A DNA stretch of 25,253 nt from Candidatus Helarchaeota archaeon (GTDB taxonomy: Archaea > Asgardarchaeota > Lokiarchaeia > Helarchaeales > RDOG01), in contig JALGVI010000044.1 of assembly GCA_029838215.1 (NCBI GenBank), forward strand, positions 1 to 25,253. The letters are read 5' to 3'. Positions 16,321-25,253 of the stretch are shown piece by piece; within the stretch, counting starts at the first letter, position 1, and each line of letters begins with the position of its first letter. A program made the position numbers and the translations under genes. The notes under the pieces were generated by a model that searched no databases, was not told where the DNA came from, and saw nothing but the letters and a program-made list of their open reading frames with translations.

Positions 16321-16602
16321 TCATCTCTTCAGACTTTTCAGTTTTTTGGCAATCTTTTTAACCAATACCTGTTTTTTCTCCTTTTTCGGAACTGCAATCC
16401 TACCATTGATCCACCATGCTTTCGGATGTGCTTTTTCAGGTTCAATCTTAAATTCTAGGTTTAATGCCTGCGCGGCTTTAACTAATTTATCGAAACTAGG
16501 GTTAGGGCGGGCAATATTCTTGCTCACCCGCCTTCCTTCCTTACGGGAACGGTTGGAATCAAAATATATCGGATAAAAATATTGAAGATTGCGCTTTTTC
16601 AA
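16321..16602 (-). CDS. srp19: Signal recognition particle protein Srp19
   Basis: 'YPIYFDSNRSRKEGRRV...P...EKAHPKAW...GRIAV...K..LVKKIA' signature. Confidence 0.95.
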   Translation of the reverse strand: MKKRNLQYFYPIYFDSNRSRKEGRRVSKNIARPNPSFDKLVKAAQALNLEFKIEPEKAHPKAWWINGRIAVPKKEKKQVLVKKIAKKLKSLKR

Positions 16603-16753
16603 GGTCGAGAACCACTAAAACTTCATTTTTTCTTGAAAATGGCATGATTCATGTTCTGAAAATCTAAATTAATCTTATAAGAAGTCCTTTATTAAAAGTT
16701 TTGAAACAGAATTCATCAAGGATCAATAAAAAATGGGAAAAAAAATAAAGATA

Positions 16754-17269
16754 TCATTTGATGCCCCAGATGATGGCTCGATTCTGGGCTTTTCCTTTTC
16801 GTTCGACGATTCCCTCTTCTTCCAATTCTTTTAGATACTTCTGGACGGTCTTTGTGTTAAAACGGAAGTGTTTGCGCAAGTCACGGACTGTCATTGCTTG
16901 TTCTTGCAAGATTTTTTGCATTTTTTCTTTCGTAGTTACTGTTGCTTTTTTCTTCTTTATGGTTGGGAAAATTTCTGGCACGGCATTCTTGAGGGCTTGG
17001 TAATCTTGGTCTTCTTCAGGTTTTTTCTTGAGAAAGAAACAATAGAGATCTAATTCATTCATGAATGTATAAACCTTGAAATCATCATAATGAATGACTT
17101 TTGGTTTAAAAACAGAACCGCCGTTAAACATTAAATAGAACGAAGTTAAATTCTCTTCCAAATTCATGGAGAAAGTCTTGTCGAATTGTTTTTTATATCG
17201 CAGGACGGGTCCGCTCAACGTGTCGAAACCAATTATTGCTATTGATCGTATGTCTGATTGGTTTATCAT
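16754..17269 (-). CDS. uDENN/longin-like N-terminal domain fused to a C-terminal winged helix-turn-helix
   Basis: N-terminus 'IRSIAIIGFDTLSGPVLRY' resembles the uDENN/NPRL2-type 'F[DH]xxxGP' start. C-terminus 'KILQEQAMTVRDLRKHFRFNTKTVQKYLKELEEEGIVERKG' is a clear wHTH. ATGA overlap with the upstream GTPase. Confidence 0.65.
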   Translation of the reverse strand: MINQSDIRSIAIIGFDTLSGPVLRYKKQFDKTFSMNLEENLTSFYLMFNGGSVFKPKVIHYDDFKVYTFMNELDLYCFFLKKKPEEDQDYQALKNAVPEIFPTIKKKKATVTTKEKMQKILQEQAMTVRDLRKHFRFNTKTVQKYLKELEEEGIVERKGKAQNRAIIWGIK

Positions 17270-17811
17270 TTTTCAGCACTTCCTCCAGTAGTTGCTTCAA
17301 GGAGCTCTCGCAGCAGGATCATGTGAACACGTTCAGTATTTTCTTCTTCGATGGCAACCATTGGGTACGTAGGGACGTGAAGGACATCTTCAACGCGCTT
17401 GGCTTGCATGTGACCATCCATGTCTTGCTTGTTGGCAATCGCAATGATGCGAGTATCGCGGTTCTTGCGAGCAATCATCTCAACGATTTGCTTGGACTGT
17501 AAGACGTTTTGTGGCGTAGAATCGGTTACTACTACGGCGAGATAGCTCCCTTGCATGAAGGAATCCCAAAGGGGTCGAAATTGATCTTGGCCGCCGATGT
17601 CCCATAATTTAATTTCATGCTCACCGAGTTTAATGCTTCCAAAATCGAGACCCATTGTAGGCTTGTAATCTAGGTTTGGTTTTTTTCCAGAAAGTAGCTT
17701 GATTAACGTGGACTTTCCAACAGATGGAAATCCAACGAATGATACTTTTACAGATACCACGGAAACACACACCCCTGTGTATATTTGACTTACAGGGATG
17801 TAGCGAGGCAT
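17266..17811 (-). CDS. Arf/Rab-like small GTPase; real start probably GTG at 17760
   Basis: G1 GFPSVGKS, G2 PTMG, G3 WDIGGQ followed by the Arf-like FRPLW, and G4 NKQD. Confidence 0.92.
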   Translation of the reverse strand: MPRYIPVSQIYTGVCVSVVSVKVSFVGFPSVGKSTLIKLLSGKKPNLDYKPTMGLDFGSIKLGEHEIKLWDIGGQDQFRPLWDSFMQGSYLAVVVTDSTPQNVLQSKQIVEMIARKNRDTRIIAIANKQDMDGHMQAKRVEDVLHVPTYPMVAIEEENTERVHMILLRELLEATTGGSAEK

Positions 17812-17975
17812 ATAACTCTAAGTAATACTTCCATATTACAAGATGATGCTTGAACGAAAAGTCGCAATCCGTCAGCTCGTTTCTAAATGGAAATTTTTAA
17901 GAAGAATCCACGTGTTGATAACTTTAGATACTAACAAAAAGCATAAAGTCTTTTTGGTACAGAGGTTAAAAATTC

Positions 17976-18191
17976 ATGCCGAATTGCCCCGAATGTGCAG
18001 GATACATGAAATTTGATCGAGACATCCGCCTTTATGTATGCCAGCGTTGTGGACTTTCATTACGACGGAGCGAAATTGACGATTTACATGAAAAACGCAA
18101 AGAAATTATAATGGAAGAAAGAGACGAAGACGAAATCCGTCGTAGCAAGCATAAAGAATATCTAGACTGGTATCTTAACAAGAAAGAATGA
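17976..18191 (+). CDS. Small Zn-ribbon protein with charged helical tail (conserved archaeal hypothetical type)
   Basis: CPEC...CQRC ribbon followed by an E/R/K-rich helix ending 'EYLDWYL'. Confidence 0.75.
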   Translation: MPNCPECAGYMKFDRDIRLYVCQRCGLSLRRSEIDDLHEKRKEIIMEERDEDEIRRSKHKEYLDWYLNKKE

Positions 18192-18329
18192 AAATCGAAC
18201 GAAATAAAAAAGGCTTCTCGAGCCAAACCCCTAGCCGACTCCATATTCTACTGATTTTGAAATAATTCAGGGTTCATATGTTTAACATCATGCAATTGAT
18301 TCCATCAACACTTTTAAATTTCAATTTTC

Positions 18330-19550
18330 GTGAATCTCATTAATTTCCAACTTCAGGAATTGAAGATCATGGTATTGGCGTTAGAAGGAATTAAGGTTAT
18401 AGATCTCACGGTACTTTTTCCAGGACCTTTCGGAACAAGATATTTAGCAGATTTCGGTGCAGATGTGATTCGTGTTGAATATCGTCAAAGACCGGATTTA
18501 TCTCGATTTGTTACACCTCTTGTGGGGCCAAAAAAGAAGAGAAATCGGCAGAGTTTTTTCCATCACATCCTTAATCGTAATAAACGGACAATTTCCATTA
18601 ATCTAGGAAGTCCTTCTGGAGTGGAATTGTTTAAACAACTTGCAAAAGAAGCAGACGTGATTGTTGAGCAGTTCCGTCCGGGAGTGATGGATAAATTAGG
18701 TGTCGGGTATGAAGAAATTCGGAAAGTTAACCCCCGTATCATTTATTGCTCGATCACGGGATATGGACAAGATGGTCCGTATAGGGATATGGCAGGACAC
18801 GATATAAATTATACAGGGTTTTCAGGATTAGCTTCCCTTAATCGGACTCGCGAAGGTAAACCAATTCTTCTTGGAATTCAAGTAGCGGACATGTTTGGAG
18901 GCGGACTTCACGCAATAATAGGGATCTTGATAGCACTTCTTGCTCGAGAACGCACGGGTAAGGGACAATATATCGATATTTCAATGATGGACGGTTGCGT
19001 TTCTTTTCTACCGTTTGCCTTACAACCGTATCTGGTCGACGGCGAAAAGCAAGACATCAAGAAAAATACACTTGCCGGAGGAACACCTGCCTATCAAATC
19101 TTTGAATGCAAGGATGGAAAATACATTACCATTGGGGCACTAGAGCCGAAGTTTTATTTGGCACTCTGTCAAGCAATTAAACGAGAGGACCTATTAAAAG
19201 CAGGATTAACTGAAAATGCACGAGAAGAATTTGCAAAAACATTTCTCACGAAGACCAGAGATGAATGGTATGAAATTCTCAAGCAGGTTGACACGTGCGT
19301 GGCACCCATGAACGAAATCTGGGAAGTAGAAGATGATCCTCAGGTACAAGCACGAAAAATGATAATCGAGGTGGAAACACCGCACGGGAAGATGAAACAA
19401 ATCGGATTCCCGATCAAGATGTCGGAAACACCTGCCACGTATCGATTTGCAGCACCACAAGTAAATGAACATACTCTGGAAATCCTAAAAGAATTAGGAT
19501 ATTCTGAAGAAGAATACAAGGAGCTTCGCAAGGTCAAGAAGGCAATCTAA
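18330..19550 (+). CDS. CaiB/BaiF family III CoA transferase, alpha-methylacyl-CoA racemase-like; real start probably ATG 18369
   Basis: 'LEGIKVIDL...PGP...LADFGADVIRVE', 'NRNKR', 'EQFRPGVMDKLG', and GHDINY, the motif carrying the catalytic Asp in AMACR-type members. Confidence 0.92.
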   Translation: MNLINFQLQELKIMVLALEGIKVIDLTVLFPGPFGTRYLADFGADVIRVEYRQRPDLSRFVTPLVGPKKKRNRQSFFHHILNRNKRTISINLGSPSGVELFKQLAKEADVIVEQFRPGVMDKLGVGYEEIRKVNPRIIYCSITGYGQDGPYRDMAGHDINYTGFSGLASLNRTREGKPILLGIQVADMFGGGLHAIIGILIALLARERTGKGQYIDISMMDGCVSFLPFALQPYLVDGEKQDIKKNTLAGGTPAYQIFECKDGKYITIGALEPKFYLALCQAIKREDLLKAGLTENAREEFAKTFLTKTRDEWYEILKQVDTCVAPMNEIWEVEDDPQVQARKMIIEVETPHGKMKQIGFPIKMSETPATYRFAAPQVNEHTLEILKELGYSEEEYKELRKVKKAI

Positions 19551-19559
19551 GCACGTTCA

Positions 19560-19595
19560 TTTTTTATTTCTTCGTTTTTTTTCTTATTTTTCTTT
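19560..19595 (+). terminator. Candidate oligo-T archaeal terminator after the CoA transferase gene
   Basis: Several T-runs beginning 10 nt after the stop codon. Confidence 0.4.
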
Positions 19596-19664
19596 GAGTC
19601 TCTTGTAGGTATAAAAAGAGAGAAAAGGACTTTTTCTGCAAGAGAATTTCTTCTTGCAGGAGAC

Positions 19665-20804
19665 TTGAAAATGAAAAGAAGTGGCATTGCAACTTTACGA
19701 CTTCATCCCGGCATTGCTCCGAGTTGGCTAACAAGAAGAATGAAGAAGTTGGCAAATGAAATATTTCGCATCCTTCTTGACGAATATGGGACGACAGAGA
19801 TTTTAAAGAGGATTTCAGATCCGATTTGGTTTCAAGCACTATCGAACGTGTTGGCATACGATTGGGATAGCAGCGGCGTGACCACGGTTCTTTGCGGTGT
19901 CTTGAAAAGCACTTTAAAAAACGAACACGGAATTCTCGTGGCTGGTGGTAAAGGAAAGACATCAAGAAAAACACCCGCCGACCTTCAAGAGATCGGCACG
20001 ACGTTTCATTTGTCCGAATCAGAAATAGAGCGGCTCATTAGAACAAGTCGGATCGTGGCAAAAGTTGACAACGCCGTGATTCAGGATGGATATCACTTAT
20101 ACCATCATTCAATGTTCATTTCGGAACAAGGCGAATGGACCATCGTCCAACAAGGAATGAATGATCAAAAAGGATGTTCGCGCCGTTATCATTGGCATTC
20201 GGAAAGTATTCGAGACTTTATTGAGGATCATCCTGAGGAAATTATTGGTGAAGCGAGGGAAAAAAGCGTATTAAACATGGCATCAGATAAGAGTTCACAA
20301 AATAGAAACACGTGCCTTGATTTAGTCAAAGACAATCCGAGAAAAATTGAGAATTATTTTAATTCCATCACGCCATATAGCCAGATATCTCTCATTCACT
20401 ACTTTGAAGGAACTGTTGCACGACCACCACGAAAAATCATTCATTATAAATTGTTGCCACGACGAATGAATTGGAATGCTTTAAAAGAAGTTTATGAATT
20501 TCAACCAACAAATTACGAAGAGATGATTGCAGTAAGAGGAATTGGTCCTGCAACAATTCGAGGATTGGCATTGATTGCGGAACTCATTTTTGGCGAACGT
20601 CCAGATTGGAAGGATCCCGTGAAGTATTCTTATAATCTCGGAGGAAAAGATGGAGTGCCATTTCCCGTGCCACGAGGTCGCTATGACAGAACCATTGAAA
20701 TTCTTCGAGAAGCAGTTAATGAAGCGAGATTGGGAGACCGAGAACGACTCACGGCTATCAAGCGACTCAAAAAATTTGCCAAAAAAATTCAGTACGTGAA
20801 TTAA
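19665..20804 (+). CDS. DUF763 domain protein
   Basis: 'LRLHPGIAPSWL..RM', 'SDPIWFQAL..VLAYDWDSSGVTT', 'DGYHLYHH', HhH-like 'VRGIGPATIRGL' and 'LGGKDGVPFPV'. Confidence 0.88.
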   Translation: MKMKRSGIATLRLHPGIAPSWLTRRMKKLANEIFRILLDEYGTTEILKRISDPIWFQALSNVLAYDWDSSGVTTVLCGVLKSTLKNEHGILVAGGKGKTSRKTPADLQEIGTTFHLSESEIERLIRTSRIVAKVDNAVIQDGYHLYHHSMFISEQGEWTIVQQGMNDQKGCSRRYHWHSESIRDFIEDHPEEIIGEAREKSVLNMASDKSSQNRNTCLDLVKDNPRKIENYFNSITPYSQISLIHYFEGTVARPPRKIIHYKLLPRRMNWNALKEVYEFQPTNYEEMIAVRGIGPATIRGLALIAELIFGERPDWKDPVKYSYNLGGKDGVPFPVPRGRYDRTIEILREAVNEARLGDRERLTAIKRLKKFAKKIQYVN

Positions 20805-20810
20805 AAAAAA

Positions 20811-22667
20811 TTAGAGATAAGTCCAATTCACGATGAATATCCATATCGCCCTTCCCGAAAAATTAAGGTACTGGACAGGATACGGAAGAGGTCCGTGATT
20901 ATTTTTGATTACTTCGTATATTGGCACGTGATAGCTTTCTGCCAATGACGCATTGTCATAAAGGTAATCATATTTCAGTCCCGTAACCAACATTATCGTG
21001 TAGCCAAAATTAAATTCCTTTCCCATTAGAATTGAGCTTGAATTAAAAGTTCCATTCAGTACCAATTGGCGAAAATCGAGGAGATCCAAATATTCTTCAT
21101 AAGTGATTTCGGGATGAGTCGATACTGAAGAACTGAAGGTGAAAAGATAGGCACTCGTGAAAAAAATCGTGCAAATGACAACAACTGCAACGCCTCGGGA
21201 TACTCGACGAGATGGTGGAATAAAAGAAAGAAAGTATGCCGAGATAAAACAAACTGAAAGGAAGTTCAGCATGATAAAACGTTGAGACCATTCCATCAAT
21301 TCAGGACTGAGCAATGTCAGGCTTAAGGTAAAATTTGCGATGAAAATTACTAGAACTATCAAATGAACTTTATTCAATTGCTTTCGTTTTAGGAATAAAT
21401 CTCTAAGATACATGCCAAGTCCGATTAGAAAGAAAGCCAATGAGCAAAAAAAGAAAATAACTTGGAAGATACTCGAAATGCCGCTGACAAGCTGATATCC
21501 TTCAGGGGGCAATCCAAGAAGCGGAGGAAAAAGAAAAAACAGGAAGTATTCATGAGAAGTAGAAAAGATATTAATGCTAAAACCAGTTGCCATGAGCAAA
21601 AAAGATGAGTACTTCAGTGCTTGACCGCGTTTCTCATTAAAATATCGAGAAACGACCAAAATCACTACTCCAATAATTAAAGGAAGGAGAATGATCGTAG
21701 CAAGAATAACCGGTTGCCATGCAAACATCATCATTTTTATGAGAAAATCAACGATAGGGAGTTGATTTGGAGGACCGGGTGGCATTTGAAGGAGTGAACT
21801 TAAAAGTATTTGCGAATTGGTGAACATTAAGACTATACCGAATTCGCCAAGTAGATCTAGAATCTTTGTATATTTTTCAACGAAGTTCGGGTCTAAAAGA
21901 TACATTCCAACCATCCCCAAGATAAGTCCAACTATCGGAATGGCAAGAACTTGCAGCTCCCTCCAAGGTGGTTTCCATTTATACAAGCTTGTAATTAAAA
22001 TGTATAAAAAAATGACGATAACACAAAATCCAGCAGGATATATGTGAGTGATGAAAATCAGGAATAAGAAAAGGAATACAAAAAACACCCTGTAATTCTT
22101 TAGAATGTATTTATCAAGCCTCAAGCGTCCAGTCTCGCCCCAATATGGTTCGTAAGACTGGATGGCGGCAATAAAGAAATATAAAAAACAAAGAAAGAAA
22201 AAAACGCCGCCGACTTCTTTTAGAAAATCACCACTCAAACGAATCATGTAAGGATTAAATGCTATGAGAAAACTCGCTACAAGACTAATGATCGATCGCT
22301 TGAAAACTTTTTTTAGAAGAAAAAAAGTCGGGATGGGCATTAGGCTAATGAGAAGAGATACACCAACTTTAATACCAATGGTCGTATTTCCCAAGATTAA
22401 AGCCAGCAAAGCAAAATAATGGAATATAAAAGGTGGATCTTCATATTGAGGAAGCATTCTTCCCGTGAGTAAGATATAATTCACGTGAAGATCATAATAG
22501 CTACCATCAACACCGTAGGTGGCCCAAGAAAACCTTAAGTGAAACGTGATATAAAAGATAAAAGTCGTGATCACTATCGCAATAAGAATAAAAAGCGAAT
22601 AATATCTCGCAAGAAAACTCTTTGTTTCCTCTTGACCATCAATGCGGGTCATTTCAAGATTTGACAC
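20811..22667 (-). CDS. Polytopic membrane protein, GT-C (PMT/ArnT-like) glycosyltransferase candidate
   Basis: Many TM helices. First-loop acidic motif 'GVDGSYY', 'YEDPP', 'GDFLKE' and a soluble C-terminal domain. Confidence 0.6.
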   Translation of the reverse strand: MSNLEMTRIDGQEETKSFLARYYSLFILIAIVITTFIFYITFHLRFSWATYGVDGSYYDLHVNYILLTGRMLPQYEDPPFIFHYFALLALILGNTTIGIKVGVSLLISLMPIPTFFLLKKVFKRSIISLVASFLIAFNPYMIRLSGDFLKEVGGVFFFLCFLYFFIAAIQSYEPYWGETGRLRLDKYILKNYRVFFVFLFLFLIFITHIYPAGFCVIVIFLYILITSLYKWKPPWRELQVLAIPIVGLILGMVGMYLLDPNFVEKYTKILDLLGEFGIVLMFTNSQILLSSLLQMPPGPPNQLPIVDFLIKMMMFAWQPVILATIILLPLIIGVVILVVSRYFNEKRGQALKYSSFLLMATGFSINIFSTSHEYFLFFLFPPLLGLPPEGYQLVSGISSIFQVIFFFCSLAFFLIGLGMYLRDLFLKRKQLNKVHLIVLVIFIANFTLSLTLLSPELMEWSQRFIMLNFLSVCFISAYFLSFIPPSRRVSRGVAVVVICTIFFTSAYLFTFSSSVSTHPEITYEEYLDLLDFRQLVLNGTFNSSSILMGKEFNFGYTIMLVTGLKYDYLYDNASLAESYHVPIYEVIKNNHGPLPYPVQYLNFSGRAIWIFIVNWTYL

Positions 22668-22839
22668 GGTCGAATCAACACCAATTATTGTAATTCCATC
22701 TGGATTTTTTTAAATGAAATCAATCCTTGTGATCCTGTTTCTTCAATTCAAAGAGAAATCTGATATATTAAGATGATATAATTTGGAATGAAGCAAATGA
22801 ACGATCATGATTGTTTCACGTGAGAGTTAAGTTAGAAAG

Positions 22840-24297
22840 TTGTGGATGAGAGTCGTGAAGGATCAATATAAATTTGCAATTTTAATGACGGGAATTTCTT
22901 TCTTGGTTCATTTCCTTTTCATTTTTGATGGTTTCTTCATGGCTCACGATTCCCCCGTCTATATTCTCATGGTCAGGCTTCAAGTATCTCCGAATTATTA
23001 TCATATTGGATGGATTTTATATCTTTCCTTATTCCGCTTATTTGGAGATACGATATTTGGTTATCAGTTATCAACAGTCATCGATTCAGCAATTTGCTCG
23101 TTTTTCTTTTATTTAATTGCGGATCATTTCTTTGATGATAAAAGAAAATCAATTTGTGCATCAATTCTCTTTATCTTTTTTGGAGATCTATGGATATTTT
23201 CAGAGTCTGCATTCTATAGGATTTTCATGCTTGCCTTCATGTTGGCTGCAACATATTTCATGCTCCAAAAAAAGCCTTTAATTTCATTCATCGTTTTTTC
23301 AGTTTCCCTTACAATCTCCCCTGATGCAGTTATTTATTTTATAGTCCTACTTTACCTGTATTTTTTTCAGAAATATGGGCAAGACTTTTACAAGGAAGGG
23401 AAACAGCTTCTAAAAAAAGAATTCAAGTGGATTTTAATCTATGGGATAATTTCCCTCATTCCTTTTGCCATCGTTACCGGGCTTTCAATCCTTAATTCAT
23501 CTGCTCAAAACATATCGGTTTTTGAAAAAATGATGGGAACATTAGGAGCCTTCCAATGGTGGGGAATATTCGCCAATTTAGGCATTATTGGCTGGTTGAT
23601 CATTGGTGGAGTGACTGTTTTGCTTCCATTTTTTCTGATACAAGTCAAAAAGGAGGCGAGAGATCGAAGCGTTCCATTCGTGTTATTTGTTCTCACGTTA
23701 TTGATTCACCTGCTCTTCTTTGGATTTTGGACAATGTCATATACCATGAATTATTTTCCGATTCTTCCTTTCTTCATTCTCATTGCGATCGAAGGACTCT
23801 TCAATACAACTCAACGTTCGGGAAAATTCCTAAAGCGCATCAAGTGGGAACATGTTAAACTTGCCCTTCTAATTGGGAACATCCTCTTGACCTTTTTTGT
23901 TTTCTTTCTTCCTCAATATCTCTATTGCAAGACGATCGATGATACCTGCTTACAGTTGCGAAACACGGCAAGTTCTGGCGATGTACTTTTCTTAAACCGT
24001 GACTTTTATTATCATTATGTTGTCTACTTCCCAACTTTTGAGGAACAGGTCGTTCGCATCGACTCAAATCAGGCGCTCAACAATAATACACTCTTTTTGG
24101 AAATAATTAATAATACCGTTGTTGCAGGAAAAAAATGTTATGCGTTTAAATTCCTTACACCATCGCGCTATTACGGAATCTACGATTTTGGAAACACGTT
24201 CGATTATCTGTACCCATTAATTCAGGGACAGTTCAACTTCAGCATTATCACGTCAAATACAATTCCCTCCATTATCCTGTTAGAAATTAAAAATTGA
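22840..24297 (+). CDS. Polytopic membrane protein, GT-C (PMT_2/GT39-like) glycosyltransferase candidate
   Basis: First-loop 'HDSPVY', many TM helices, 'NYFPILPF' late loop and a soluble C-terminal domain. Confidence 0.6.
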   Translation: MWMRVVKDQYKFAILMTGISFLVHFLFIFDGFFMAHDSPVYILMVRLQVSPNYYHIGWILYLSLFRLFGDTIFGYQLSTVIDSAICSFFFYLIADHFFDDKRKSICASILFIFFGDLWIFSESAFYRIFMLAFMLAATYFMLQKKPLISFIVFSVSLTISPDAVIYFIVLLYLYFFQKYGQDFYKEGKQLLKKEFKWILIYGIISLIPFAIVTGLSILNSSAQNISVFEKMMGTLGAFQWWGIFANLGIIGWLIIGGVTVLLPFFLIQVKKEARDRSVPFVLFVLTLLIHLLFFGFWTMSYTMNYFPILPFFILIAIEGLFNTTQRSGKFLKRIKWEHVKLALLIGNILLTFFVFFLPQYLYCKTIDDTCLQLRNTASSGDVLFLNRDFYYHYVVYFPTFEEQVVRIDSNQALNNNTLFLEIINNTVVAGKKCYAFKFLTPSRYYGIYDFGNTFDYLYPLIQGQFNFSIITSNTIPSIILLEIKN

Positions 24298-24350
24298 AAA
24301 AGCATGTAATCCAAATATAAAAAAGGAATTTGTAATTGAACATGAAGTAT

Positions 24351-24446
24351 CTAACGTCGTTTCTTCTTATACAGAAGTGCCGCAGACGTGAGAATGACGA
24401 TTATCAGAATTATAACAATCGCCGTGAGAACTATCAAAGAAATCAT
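24351..24446 (-). CDS. Possible 31-aa single-TM peptide
   Basis: MISLIVLTAIVIILIIVILTSAALLYKKKRR is a hydrophobic helix with a basic C-terminus. It uses an internal Met of the ORF-track entry 24351..24533. Confidence 0.25.
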   Translation of the reverse strand: MISLIVLTAIVIILIIVILTSAALLYKKKRR

Positions 24447-24601
24447 CAAAAGTTCAGTATTCTTTTGAAGAAAAAGAAAATATAGAATTGATTTAAAGTA
24501 ACTTCTCGAAATTCGCAAAAGTTCTGTCCACATCTTCTTGTATTTTCGAGATTTGTTCTTCAGTGAGGATCTTGAACCTGACTTGTGTTTGAAAGTATTC
24601 T

Positions 24602-25231
24602 TTAACCGGTTTTCTCTTTTTTTTCCCTATTCTTGATTACTTTCTTTTTTGATTGGCGATTTAAAAAGAAGTTTGCCAATGTTATAAGTCCAATATTAAC
24701 TCCACAGACCGAAAAAATTAAAATTAATGTAAGTTCCAATATAAAAATGAACATGGTTGGCTGTAAAGTAACTAAAATAGTCGGTAAAATAGAAATTACA
24801 GGAATTAATGACATTATAATAATCCCACCGGTTAAAATTGAATTTATTAGATGATCCTTCCAAGAATAATACATTTTCATGAATATCTTAGATTCTAAAT
24901 GAATGTTAATATCCCATAAGATTAGAAAGCCTAGAAAAATAATTGATGCAATAGCAAAAAACCAAAGAAAAAAACCATAAGTAAAATAGAAAGGATTGTA
25001 TGTGGGAAGTCTTATAACGGATATATGAATGAATAAAGTAATTAAAAGCACTTGACTTGTAATTAAAATACCGCAGATTATTACCAAGAAAAATTCTTTT
25101 TTTAGATATTTGGAGATAAGTGGTTTTTTCATTTTAATTTCATAATAAAGAATTATTTCTAATAGTAGAAATGTCCCAATCAAGAAATTAATGGCTACAA
25201 TGGAGTATATCCCTTCAAAGGTTTGAATCAC
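24602..25231 (-). CDS. Hypothetical polytopic membrane protein (about 5 TM), possibly frameshifted at its 3' end
   Basis: 209-aa hydrophobic ORF ending in a basic stretch with an A8 run. A coding-looking +1 frame continues to a stop at 24493-24495. Confidence 0.65.
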   Translation of the reverse strand: MIQTFEGIYSIVAINFLIGTFLLLEIILYYEIKMKKPLISKYLKKEFFLVIICGILITSQVLLITLFIHISVIRLPTYNPFYFTYGFFLWFFAIASIIFLGFLILWDINIHLESKIFMKMYYSWKDHLINSILTGGIIIMSLIPVISILPTILVTLQPTMFIFILELTLILIFSVCGVNIGLITLANFFLNRQSKKKVIKNREKKEKTG

Positions 25232-25253
25232 AATAAATAAAGGAGTATAAGCT

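Noticed and set aside
18188-18265. 25-aa ORF overlapping the Zn-ribbon gene stop (ATGA)
   Set aside because: Too short, with no motif and no SD; likely chance.
220-24854. Numerous ORF-track entries antisense to or nested in the called genes (e.g. 220..720, 2277..2819, 4559..4903, 7613..8149, 19564..19974)
   Set aside because: They are shadow frames of well-supported genes and carry no recognisable motifs.
1-25253. CRISPR array, tRNA or rRNA genes
   Set aside because: No regularly spaced repeats, cloverleaf-forming segments or rRNA-like conserved tracts were seen.

Overview
An AT-rich archaeal window that is very probably from an Asgard archaeon. This assignment is inferred from the archaeal housekeeping genes (cdc6/orc1, tfb, gar1, srp19, pantoate kinase) occurring together with several eukaryote-signature proteins (two roadblock/LC7 proteins, two small GTPases, two longin-like proteins, a V4R/Bet3-like protein). 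Left to right: (i) a minus-strand operon of V4R/Bet3-like protein, an unannotated 42-aa four-Cys protein, roadblock, a P-loop-less MglA-like GTPase and a second roadblock (runs off the window); (ii) a complete 1481-bp IS1/IS6-like element with imperfect 22-bp TIRs, an exact 8-bp target-site duplication and a transposase carrying a large Lys-rich insertion; (iii) an Lrp/AsnC-type regulator with a five-Cys tail, then a decayed GC-rich tnpB fragment; (iv) GNAT, MBL-wHTH, a non-canonical CooS (C-cluster Cys->Glu, catalytic His->Tyr, CX2C D-cluster) and a cupin; (v) aspartokinase, longin, VIT1/CCC1 and pantoate kinase; (vi) cdc6 converging on srp19-gar1-tfb, with a structured GC-rich leader or small ORF ahead of gar1; (vii) an Arf-like GTPase coupled to a uDENN/longin-wHTH protein; (viii) a Zn-ribbon protein, a CaiB/AMACR-like CoA transferase, DUF763, two divergent GT-C-like membrane glycosyltransferases and a membrane protein with a possible homopolymer frameshift. 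No tRNA, rRNA or CRISPR array was seen. All family assignments come from motif recognition by eye, not from database searches.
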